From NCBI RefSeq assembly GCF_001194135.2, contig NC_068984.1, positions 3,583,274 through 3,647,273 of the forward strand: 64,000 nucleotides of DNA, read 5' to 3'. The stretch comes from Octopus bimaculoides. Taxonomy: Eukaryota. How positions within the stretch are numbered: position 1 is the stretch's first letter; each line of letters opens with the position of its first letter. A program made the position numbers and the translations under genes. Below are positions 1 to 11,761 of this stretch, piece by piece. The notes beneath the pieces are model-generated. The model had not been told where the DNA came from and ran no database searches. It saw nothing but the letters and a program-made list of their open reading frames with translations.

Positions 1-329
1 TTTCCAGTATAAAGAAAAAAACCAAAAAAACCAAATCCCACTTCTCTTTCTCTTAAAGACGGTTGAGTAATGTTGGCCAATTTAGTCATAAACAACTGGT
101 AATAAATTTTTTCACCTGCAGAGAATGTTCCCAACAAGAAGTTGATAGCTTTTATAACCTAGGTGAGCAATTAGCACNNNNNNNNNNGGGGTGAAAGCAC
201 AGCAGCCAAAGTAAGAACAGGAGAATGGAGAAAGTTTAGGGATTTGTTAGAGCTGCTTGTAACAAGGTATTTCTTGGATCACCACAAGAGTTCACACCAC
301 AGAATTACCAACAGAAGAATTGTTGTCCC

Positions 330-468
330 AACCCACTGTGACTATAATCTACAGAACTGAAAGGCAAAGTTGACCTCGGCAGAATTTGAACTCAAGATAG
401 TAAAAATGGATGAAACGCCACCAAACATTTTGTTCAGTGTGATAACGACTCTGCCAGCTCACTGCCTT
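330..468 (-). mobile_element. SINE-like family B (core ttctgagttcaaattcYgccgaggtcaactttgcctttcat). Other copies: ~24835-25050(-), 29752-29960(+), 31005-31230(+), 47130-47250(+), 48555-48690(-)
   Basis: Same sequence recurs six times in both orientations and has a B-box-like GTTCAAAT. Boundaries approximate. Confidence 0.75.
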
Positions 469-495
469 GGTAATGATAGCAATAATGTATAAATA

Positions 496-1203
496 TACGG
501 GGTGGCCACAAAATCACACACCATGGGAGATATCAAGTATGCTTTATTAGCAATGGAGTAGATAATCCATTACAAATGTTCAAAGTGTTGGCCATGTAAC
601 TCTAAACAAGTGTTCATACAGAATTTGAAATTGTGATGAACCCTCACAAATAGTTCTTCATTGCTGTTGACTTGTTCACACGCTTCAACAATTCTTTGAA
701 GGGGGTGTCTTTGGGCATGAATCTTTTCAGAATACACAAGGATTTAATGTAGCCCCAGAAGAAAAAGTCCATGGGAATTAAACCTGGTGACCATGGTGCC
801 CACTCAAATGGCCTGCAAAGCCTGAGCCATCTCCCTGGATAATGTTTATTCAGAAAATCATGAAGCTGTAATGCATAATGGAGCAGAACCCCATCCTGCT
901 GAAACCAAACAGAATTTCCCCTTCCAAGTGAATGCATGTGAGGTGTCATCTTGCTGCCAAGCATGTCCAGATACGAATCATATGTCACAAACCCCCTAAA
1001 AATAAAATGGTCCAATTACTTGATTGTGCCAAATCTCACAGCACACCATTACCTTGCCCCCACCTTGTTGATTAACTGCCTCTATCCAATGAGGATTGGT
1101 TTGTGATTAACATTGGCAATTGTGAAAAGAGATTAAAAGAAAAAACAGAATGTTAGGAATTTCACATGTTGCAGGATGGTGCATGACTTTATGACCACCC
1201 ATA
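496..1203 (-). mobile_element. Degenerate Tc1/mariner-superfamily DNA transposon remnant
   Basis: ORF 644-1015 reads WFQQDG..HYALQLHDFLNKHYPGRW...EWAPWSPGLIPMDFFFWGYIKS, a decayed QQDGAPxH...WPPRSPDLTPLDFFLWGYLK catalytic region. Degenerate TIRs: TA-CGGGGTGGCCACAAAATCAC at 496 and its approximate inverse ending ~1203. Confidence 0.85.
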
Positions 1204-2989
1204 CACACATACACACTATGTTCTAAAATTAACAGAGGATACAATAATAATTCCATATTTTATAATTTTATCTCAACAATAACCTTGTATTATATTAATG
1301 ACAGCATTGTTGCTTAGCCCCAGGCAGGCCTTGATCGAGCAGATAAATGATCAAAAGTGCTCCAGTTGTGACCATCTCTAAAGAAGGAGCTGTTTGTGTA
1401 CGGTGTACAATGTTGTATGATTTCACAACATGGCCACTGAATGAGGACGAGATTGCCTGAAGGCTGGAAGCAGTCATGATTTGCTTTTTGTGTTTGTGTG
1501 TATGAGTGATGGAGACTAAAGGAGTGGAGAAAAAAGAAAAAAGAAAACAGAGATGATTACCCTGGGGCATGCATGATGCATGTGGAAGAAAGCAGCTAGG
1601 GAAAGAAACGCTACATGACCCATGAGGTTGGATCATGTAGCGGAAGAGGAAAACCATAACAGACACAATACTAAATTAAGGAGACTTGTCAATAGGAAAC
1701 TTGATGAAGCAGATGGACAAAGGATCACAAGTGATGAGATGATGTCCTGGGAGAAGAACCATCCAGTGTAAGGAAAATGTGGGGTAAAAATTACAATGAG
1801 GACGGTGGTGAACACGATATATGAACTGGGTATATATATATGAATGAACAAAGAATGGAGTGGTCCTAAGAAACTATTAGGAAAATAAAGACAAAAATAT
1901 ATATGTATAAATTAAAAAGAAACAGATTACATAATTAATGTATATCACTATCGCCATAGTAGACGGGTAAAATAAATATCATTGATGCAGTAGTAGAGGG
2001 GGAGAAAGGGGTGGAGGAAAGAGAGAGATAATCAGCGTGTGTGAAAGACACAGACAGACAGACAGCAATGTAGCAAGAGGTATTACTCTTCATTGCAGTC
2101 TATGTATGAGAGTTACTTCCCTTCGAAACTTCGGCCTTTCTAATCAATTTTGAAAAACCCTTTAAATACATTTTCGTTGGTTGGGTTTGGGGAGGGGATG
2201 TAATGACGAACGGTAACTCTTTTTATGGGGGAGGTGGGGATTAGAAGTAAATACAGTCCTACCTTTTTTCTTCAGTGAAATACCAACAACAATCAATAAT
2301 AAACAACCTTAACCGATTTCTCAATCCATTTTATTCCTTATTTCACGAAACATATTCGATGTTACTACATATGGCGCAGGCGGAATCGACTCCACCTGGC
2401 ATAAGAATCATTTTAACCTTTTTACATTAACACTGATTACATATTCCCAGGTAAACACAAATCATATAGTATTTATTGGATCATTAAATAGGTATGTGTT
2501 ACCAGGTAATGTTAAGGATATAAAATCAATCAATCACTCTCTCTCTCTCTCTTTCTCTATATCTATATACATAATCTGCACAAGCCCATACATATACGTA
2601 CACAAGATTACACACACACGTTCATACATCTTTTCACCATTTTACTGTCCACTTCTCCATTCCTAATGTTATATATTTCTTCAAATTATCTCCCAAATTG
2701 TGGTTTCAACCCCAGAACAGGCAACGTGTTTTGACTGATTGAATTACTTCGTTTTACATTAATCTACTCCGTTAAAACATGTACTGATTGACTACAGGCG
2801 TAGCTCCTGCTCTCTCTCTCTCTCTCTCTCTCTCTCCAGCCATCACATCCTGGATGTTTGACTAGGTGAAGATGGGAAGGACAAAGAATACCTCTACATC
2901 TGCTCCTAACTACACAGGCATCTAAAACAATTAGTGAAAACATCCACACACATGCAATTATGTGAAATGAAGAGCCTCAATCACGGTTA

Positions 2990-3315
2990 CAATATGTCAC
3001 CTGTCCAGGAGCCTAGAAATGGTCATCAATGACATTGATTGGACAGGTGGCATGAACATTGTACTCATCGCTGAAACCACAGACCAGGTGCAGACCATGG
3101 TGACAAAGCTGGATACTCAGAGCTTAGCAGTAGGTCTTGAATTCAACTGCATGGAAACAAATCTTATAGAGTTGGAAGAGATAGCCAAAGACTGAATACA
3201 GGTGTGGAGCAGTGAAATCAAGGAGGTAAAGGTGTATGTCTACCTAGGACACAGAGTGGATATGTGTCAAGATATGGCAGCTGAGATCTCTAAGAGAATA
3301 AGGGTGGGATGGATG
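2990..3315 (+). mobile_element. RTE-clade LINE reverse transcriptase remnant (pseudogenised)
   Basis: Translates LEMVINDIDWTGGMN/IVLIAETTDQVQTMVTKLDTQSLAVGLEFN...*...EIKEVKVYVYLGHRVDMCQDMAAEISKRIRVGW. This is typical RT domain 4-7 (YxYLG) sequence with one in-frame stop. Confidence 0.8.
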
Positions 3316-3352
3316 ACCAGTGGAATATAACAGCATCTGATGGTCTGGTCAA

Positions 3353-3395
<43 letters not shown>

Positions 3396-3426
3396 CCAGC
3401 AAATAAACTTCACACTTATTTGCATA

Positions 3427-3530
3427 TATGAGGGGTGTATGAAAAGCCTTGAGCCTCAAAAAAAAACAAAAAAACATGGTATAAGACTTCAAGGTCTTGA
3501 AGGCTCAAAACTTTTCATGCACCCCTCGTA
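3427..3530. mobile_element. Mariner-derived mini-MITE (100 bp plus TA target duplications)
   Basis: TA-TGAGGGGTGTATGAAAAGCCTTGAGCCT (3429-3456) and AGGCTCAAAACTTTTCATGCACCCCTCG-TA (3501-3528). 24/28 TIR identity, mariner-type YGAGGGG end. Confidence 0.85.
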
Positions 3531-3736
3531 TGTCCCAGACTGGTGATTCGATTCATTTCGAGGTGAATCAAGTAAGTTGTACTGAGAAACTGTAACAACA
3601 ATGAAATATTGATATCTTTCTTCTCAATCATCACAGGTGAGTTGCCTCAACCTACCTGGGACATCAGTGTTCTTTAACACTCAGTGTCGTGTAAGGAGCT
3701 TTCCCAGGATGTTGTCCTGCAACAAACTGACATCTA

Positions 3737-3771
<35 letters not shown>

Positions 3772-6700
3772 GAGAGAGAGAGAGAGAGAGAGAGGAGGGG
3801 GCACAAACATGGAAAAGGAGACAGTAACAGAATGATGATGAAATTTGTAGATATGTGTGAACAAGAGTGTGTAGTTGTATACGTGTGTGAGCATGTAAAT
3901 GTATTTTTGTCTTAATATAATGCATGTTACATTAAAGACATGGCTTTGTTCACTCATGCGTGTGCATCTGTGAATATATGTGGCCAGGTGGTTAGAATGT
4001 ATGATTCACAATTGATGGGTTGTGAGTCTGATTTCCAAACCAAGATGTTAGGTTGATGCTGTCATCAAGTTTTAACCAATTATCATGAACAGGTGATTCT
4101 ACAACGAATTTGGCATAAAATGGCAACTTGGAATGATTTTTTTTTTTTTAAAGGATTGAAGTAGAGAAACAGATAAAGTGAAGATTCTCTGTAACACAGA
4201 AGTTACAAAACTTCAACCAATTCCTAAATGCTGTGTTCTCTCTACAAATGTTCACAAAATGTTTATATACCCTGAGATAGTTCCATTGTAAGTAGACTGG
4301 TTTCTAGATTCTGGAGGAATCATTTGATATTACAGAAGACTGTACATAGATGAGAGACTTATGATCTCAAATATTACAGCTGGACATACAACTGACAAAG
4401 ATTATTACAACAACTTTCAGTGAAAGGTGACTGTCTAAGGTAACTCAAGAGACAAACTTTCTGGAACTTCCTGGATGTTACACTTGACTTAACTTTGGGC
4501 TCACACATTCCCATAAAACTGACCCCACTTGCTAACCAAATACATATCCAACAACATCAATAAGAGAGCAAGTTCATTATTTTCAGACAACACCACATGT
4601 AAGAGAGAGTATCATAGAATTAGTAGAACACTGAAGGATCTGTCAATTATTTGAATAGATTTCCTGTATGGAGACATGGTGGCAAGGTGCCATTTGATGA
4701 AGATATGAGCTTTGTCTGATGCATAATTTTTTTAAGGTAATGTGAAGGAAACTATTTGGAGCAGTAAGATTTTTAAATTGCAGTAATCAAAGGAATAATT
4801 GTACTCGGTGACTATGTGGTGGTGGTGGTGGTGGTGGTGGGATGGGAAAAAAATAGCTTTGTTGTGTCTGTCAAGTATGGAGCTAAAGGTATATTTTTGA
4901 GAAGTGTGTGTGTGTGTGTGTGTTACAAACCAAATGCACTGTGCTGATTAAGAAGTGATTTGGAAGATTCCAGTCAGTAGGTAAGAGATCCTCTTGGCAA
5001 AAGACCAGAGAGGTCAACTAGAATAGACAATCTGAAAAAAACAAGGTATCCTATGTTTGTCTGACAGCAGTTCTACAGATATCAATGTGATGAGTAAATT
5101 CTCCAGAATTCTTCGCTCATATTACAAGTGTAGGGAAATCATTTGGAAATTGGGGTTTAGAAGTTTTGGTTGCAAGACATGTGAAGAGATATTCCATCAC
5201 TTGCAGAATACTTAAAAAAAGATAGGAAGTGAAACACAACAAGGATATTGACAAAAATTTGACAGAATTAATTGAGATGAGATGAGATGAGAGATGAAGT
5301 CCAGGAGAGTTTGGGATAGGGTTGTAGGGTAGCAGGTAGGGTAAGGTATGTTACCTCGGTTAGGAGAGAAAAAACAATAGGTGCAGTGAGAGTAGATGCA
5401 GAAAGACTGAGTTTGAAGATGACAGGTAATTGGGGTATAAATGCGTCTATATGGGCTGGTGTGGATACTAACTGGTGGAGAGAGCGGAAGGTTGTTTAGT
5501 TTGTGTGTAAGAATTTTGATGTGTGTGGTGTGTGTGAGAGAGGGTGCAAGGGCCAGAAGGAATTGTATGCATTAACTTCAATGAAAATTATAGCAGAGAG
5601 GAGAATGATAGATAGATTTCTTCAAGAGAGTGAGATTAGCCAAATAAAGGATAGAAAGTGGAAATAGAGGAAACAGCAAGAAGATCTGTCTGAGTACAGC
5701 CCTTAATCCTCATGGAAGCCTGCTCCAAATGCTTACAATTGATTGAACTCATCTGAAGACATCCTGAGGTAATAAACCAGGTAACATATTGGGCCTACCT
5801 TTCCAACACACATACAGATAACAGTATTTTATGTGTGAAGCAAGTCTTTTCTCTAAGTCTAGAGGCAAATATATATATATATATATATATACAAGTGTAC
5901 ACTGTATTGATGGTGGTATACATATGTATTCTTTGTGATATATTTCATGAACATTAATTCATATATACAACAGAAAAGTACAATTTCAGAAATGATTTAT
6001 GCGTAAGGAGTAGAATAAATTATCCAGTGAGGCAGAGGAGAGAGAAAGTGGAAAAGTATCATCTCTATAGATTAACTGACAAACTAAACTGGATGTAGGA
6101 GAAAAGGTCTAGTATAGCTTGGATATATTTATATCAGAATCACCAAGAAAACAGTGTTGACTTGATAATTCTGATTTTAGTCTATTTGCTATAAAATCAT
6201 GAAACAATAAGAATACTTCAGTGTAACAATGAATATCAATCTAACCATTTGCGATATGTGTTTGTTCTTTATAAAATCATTCTTCATTCCAAAGTAAAGT
6301 TGTGTATCAATATTAGCTTGATAAAGATCACAACAGCAGCCAATGTCATGATTCATTATATTCCATGATAAATTTGTTGATTTTATTCTCTTCATTTCCT
6401 TTGCTCTGTTTATTCACTCAGAATGTTTTACTTCAGCTGACATAACTGAATGTCTTGGCGAAGGGAGACAGCAATTAATTGCAAATTAAAAACAACAATT
6501 TCCTCTCCCCACACCATATCCTACAAGTAACTTAACAATATTCCCTAGATACTCTCACTCACTCTCTCTCGCCCTCTGACCCTGTGTGGGTGGGGGTGTG
6601 CACAACCATACATATGTATGCATACATACATCATATCTATCTATCTATCCCATAATGTATATATGTGTATATATATACCCATTTCCAAGTAAGCTTATCT

Positions 6701-8581
6701 ATATATATNNNNNNNNNNNNNNNNNNNNNNNNNNNNNNNNNNNNNNNNNNNNNNNNNNNNNNNNNNNNNNNNNNNNNNNNNNNNNNNNNNNNATATATAT
6801 ATCTCAATACACACACATACACATGCACATTAACATACACACATTTACATATACATATGAGAAAACAAACTATGTAATACTTATAGCAGTTCATGCACAC
6901 ATAATCTGTCCAAACACACACACACACACATACAAGGAAGCAAATAAATATAAAAGGAAAAAAATGAACAACTGACATTGAGACAGGAACAAAAGAAACC
7001 TAATGGTGGAACCAAGTTGTAGAGAGCTACTACTACTACTACTACTACTAAAGTCTAAGGTTGACAAAGTTCTATAAATTATCAAATATACATAAAATAT
7101 TCATGTGTAAGCATATTTGCTACATGTTTAGTTTGCGACATTTTTTACCTCTCAAAGTTGAGAATAAAGTACAGAAATGACATGTAGCAAGTAACAAGAC
7201 ACAATCACAATACAGGAGGTTTGCAAACAATTCCAGTGAACAAAACCAGGAATAAATAAAATATTCTTGTAAAGAACAGTAAAGAGAAGGAAAATATATC
7301 TTTAATATGGAATAAATTGACTTTTAATTATTTATTATATCTAACATAAACATTTATAACTTGTAAAAACTTAATAATTAAACTCCAATTATTTCTGATG
7401 TCTCCATTGCCATCGACTAATAATTGCTCATGTGGTTTTGAAAATATCGTTATTTCAATATTTTTTGAATTATCAAGGATTTCAGATGGTTTCTTTAACT
7501 TCATGAATGACAAAACTATTGTTTTGGCTTTTATAGAAGGTGGAGTAGGGAGGAGGGGATAAACCTAATGACCACGATTATCCTTCCTCCTCCTAGCCTG
7601 ATAAGATCAATGCAACTGTTGTTTCTAGTCAGTCTTTTGTAGGTTAGAGAAACAATAGCAATGCTTGGTTGGGTAGTGGGGTGTGAGATATTCCTCAGGA
7701 GATTCAATAATGGGAAGGACCAGACAGTATTTAGAGGAGGATTTGAGGAATGAGACAATGTAGGGGATGGGAGGGGAAAAAGTATTTGAATTAAGTGGGC
7801 TTAGAAGGGGGGAGGGGTAGTAACCTGGTTGTAGGGTTAACGAGTGATTCTTTAATAATCAGTTGCTTAGTTCCCACCACCACCACCACTACCAACACCA
7901 TTTGTTTTAAGATGTAGTTCAGGAATACATTTATGTGAGAGCAGTACTACTAGCCTAGGTATGTAGGCAATACAGTAATACCTCAATAATCTGTTCCAGG
8001 GAGGCAGTGTGCAAAGCAAAAACTCATAAAGCAGAGCAATAATTTCCCATAGCAGCAATGTTATAAATTGTAATTCGTTCCCATAAAAAAAATTTTACCT
8101 ATAAAATTTATAATACTCATAAATAAACAACAATAAGACGACAGGAGACTGTAAAGAATACTTTATGTTAAGTAAAAAGAATGTCAAGATCATTTATAAT
8201 AAAAAATATTATTATTATTATTATTATTATAATCGTTTTCTGAATCACTTTCACTTGCATTAGACATGCACACCACCATCACTTATAGATGCAGTCACTG
8301 ATTCACAAGTACTCATAAACGGTTTTGTAGATTTCTTTTTCTAAAGCAAGTCTAGAGTTGTTTGCTTAGAAGAAGCTTTTTTTCGCTCTTTATAAATTTT
8401 TCTGTAACACACAGAAGCATTTGTTATGGTAATGGAAACTTTTGCACTTTGTTCAAAATTTGGATCTTGTGCTTGAAAAATAAAACTCATTAACTTGGGG
8501 TCTTGTAAAACAGGTCCTCATAAAGTGAGGTATTACAGTACCTCAAAGTGTGCCACATCTGTGCTTCAAAGAAATCTACCA

Positions 8582-8832
8582 GATCTTTTCAATCTCAGTC
8601 ACAGATTTTTTAATAAAAATTTTTTTAACTAAACAGTTTGAAACTTTGGATACTGGTTGAATGTGTTACATAGAACACGATTTAGTCTTAACGTTCTGGG
8701 CAAAATTTAGTATTTTAGAAGTTATTTCATGTTAAAGTAATTTTAACCAACCAATGAAGTGTATTCGACTGAAGAAAGTTACTGCTGTTTGCGAAAGTAA
8801 TGGAAGAGCAACAACTTCCGGGTCATCGGATC

Positions 8833-8877
<45 letters not shown>

Positions 8878-9057
8878 TGAGGTGGGAGAAAAGTATAAAG
8901 GATAAGGTGGGTGAGAAAAACAGAAAGTTCTTTTATAGGGAATACATATATGTGTGCATATGTATTTTTTTTCCATCCTATCCAATGTGTCCACTTGTTT
9001 ATATAATGTAAGCGTGTGACACTGAGACAGATTTGGCTGTTATTTCCAGCAAATTGT

Positions 9058-9098
<41 letters not shown>

Positions 9099-9230
9099 AG
9101 AGAGTGTGGCGGTGTGTTGACAATCTGAACAACAGCTTATATAAATTTACCAACCCCTGCTACCCCTACATATCAATTTATTAAACCCTCTCCTTTTCCT
9201 TGCTTCCATTCAGGATTTTATCAGCTTTAC

Positions 9231-9264
<34 letters not shown>

Positions 9265-9751
9265 TGGACAGCAGAAACATTGCATGAACAACTGTCCTCA
9301 ACTTCACAACCACTCTCCCTCTTTAAAGCTATGTATCCCTCACACTCACCTCCCTTTCCTTTCCTCAGCATTCTAAAAGTTGCATGTGTGTGTATGTATC
9401 GGTGTGTGTGTGTGTGTGTGTATATATACATATACATGTGTCTGTGCATATACCTACATATATGTATGCAGCATCCAAAACAGATGACCCGATGACCCGG
9501 AAGTTGTTGCTCTTCCATTACTTTCGCAAGCAGCAGTAACTTTCTTCAGCTGAATACAAGTCATTGATTGGTTAAAATTACCCAAATACAACAACTTTAA
9601 CATGAAATAACTTCTAAAATACAAAATCTTGTCAAAAACAATAAGAGTAAACTGTGTTCTACATGACACATTCAACCAGTATCCTAAGTTTGAAACTGTT
9701 TAGTTAAAAAAAATTCAATTTAAAAATCTGTGACTGAGATTGAATAGATCC
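8582..9751. mobile_element. Non-autonomous long-TIR element, Mutator/Foldback-like
   Basis: Inverted arms 8582-8834 and 9484-9751, ~85-90% identical by eye with one 15-nt indel. Flanking direct repeat AATCTACCA at 8573-8581 and 9752-9760. Confidence 0.8.
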
Positions 9752-11250
9752 AATCTACCAACTAAGAGAGGAAAAGGAATGGGGTTTTTTTCTGGTGTAG
9801 CTGTGGACTATTTATAATATAAAATAAAGTGATGAAAAACTCGATGGTAAAACATGCAGAAAAGTGTTTTCATAAACAAATATTTAACAGTAAAATTTCT
9901 GTAAGGAAGCTCTATTGTATTTCTCTCAAAAACTTCCAGTTTGTCACCTGCATTACATTTCTAACAATTTAGGACAAAATCTCTTATCAATCGTTTCAGA
10001 AAAGGGTTTAGGTCTTTTTTTATTTTTTCATTGAAGTCAGACACAGCCAAAGGATGAGTCCTACAATTAAAAGTAGCAAATGAATTCATGGTGTGTGTGG
10101 CTCAACTTTTGACAAATATACACGCTCTTATCAGAGACCATAAACCCAATTTGAATGAGTACATGACACCCTCAATACTATCAGAAATGAAATATCACAC
10201 TCTCAGTAAATCCCAAAGACAGTGGCCCTTAAAAGTCACCTCAATGAAACCCTCTTCAATGTCTTTCTTAGTAAGAGATTGTTGCCAAAATTGTTACATT
10301 TTTAAGATGGAGGACCCTAATATTAAATATTGCACACAAATATAAGATGGTTCACTCATTCTGCACACTGACAGTCTGTTAGGCTGAGAGACAACCCTTC
10401 AACATTCACCAGAACTTAAGAATTCCTACCCACAGTGAAGCTGGGTCCACATGCAGTTACAAATGGTATCTTGCTTCACATAATGACATTTATTTCAAGA
10501 CCTGCACTTGTACCTATTTCTCTTCATATTATTTCATCCCTATCACATTCTGAACACCCAGCATAGAATACTCTCCACATCTTTACTCCCTAAAATTAAA
10601 GCCCCTGCCAGTCCCTCTCAACCCAAAACCTTTGAAAATTCAAGCAAGGTTTTAAACAATATCAACTTCAGCTCATTGCTCTTGACACCATTCTAAAGAT
10701 GGTAAGAGAAGATAACAAGTAGAGTCGTTCCATGGCTCTCTTGAAAACTAATAAAAATAAAATCCTGTAACGCAAAACTATACAATATTTGAACCACATT
10801 TTCTGGCCATTATAATTTCCTGGGTATATTTTGAGAGTAGATTTATTGGAAATAAAACACTGACACACAGAAAAAAAGTTGGGGAGGAAACGGAGGCGGG
10901 AGGTTGTAAGCAGTAAAAAGAGAATGTAAGAGGGAAAAGAGATAGAGAGCAGAAGAAAGAGGTGATGGTGGTAGTGGTGGTGGATATAAGCCAATTGAGA
11001 ATATAAAACAGCCACAGACTTAATATCAGACTGACATTGTGGTGATTGGTCACACATGTTTCCTTGCAAATATTGAAGATTATGGATTAAGTGAAGTCAA
11101 CATTATTTACCAATGATCGATCCATACAGATTGCCTTCCAAGAAGACAGAGAAAGTCAGAATAATGTGGGTAAATGTTCATTAGTTTACACAGTGTTTAT
11201 CCAACGATAACAATGGTGATAAACATGGTTATATATCTATAAAGTAATAT

Positions 11251-11289
<39 letters not shown>

Positions 11290-11336
11290 ATGCATAATGC
11301 AAACATAAAGACAGAGTGAATGGAAANNNNNNNNNN

Positions 11337-11422
<86 letters not shown>

Positions 11423-11519
11423 AGCACACACATGTATATATATACACACACAGATCAACATCATCATAAACATATATATATATGCACACATATATATAAG
11501 CATATATATATATATGTGC

Positions 11520-11574
<55 letters not shown>

Positions 11575-11604
11575 CACATATATATATATATGCATATATA
11601 TATA

Positions 11605-11643
<39 letters not shown>

Positions 11644-11722
11644 TCATCATCATCGTTTAACGTCAGCCTTCCATACTAGCATGGGTTGGATGATATATAT
11701 ATATATATTTACACACACACAT

Positions 11723-11761
<39 letters not shown>

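Noticed and set aside
10088-10500. Possible ancient LINE RT traces (LFNVFL, LHTDSLL); similar vague patches at 4500-5500, 7500-8060 and 48000-48560
   Set aside because: Too degenerate to support by eye; needs RepeatMasker or HMM search.
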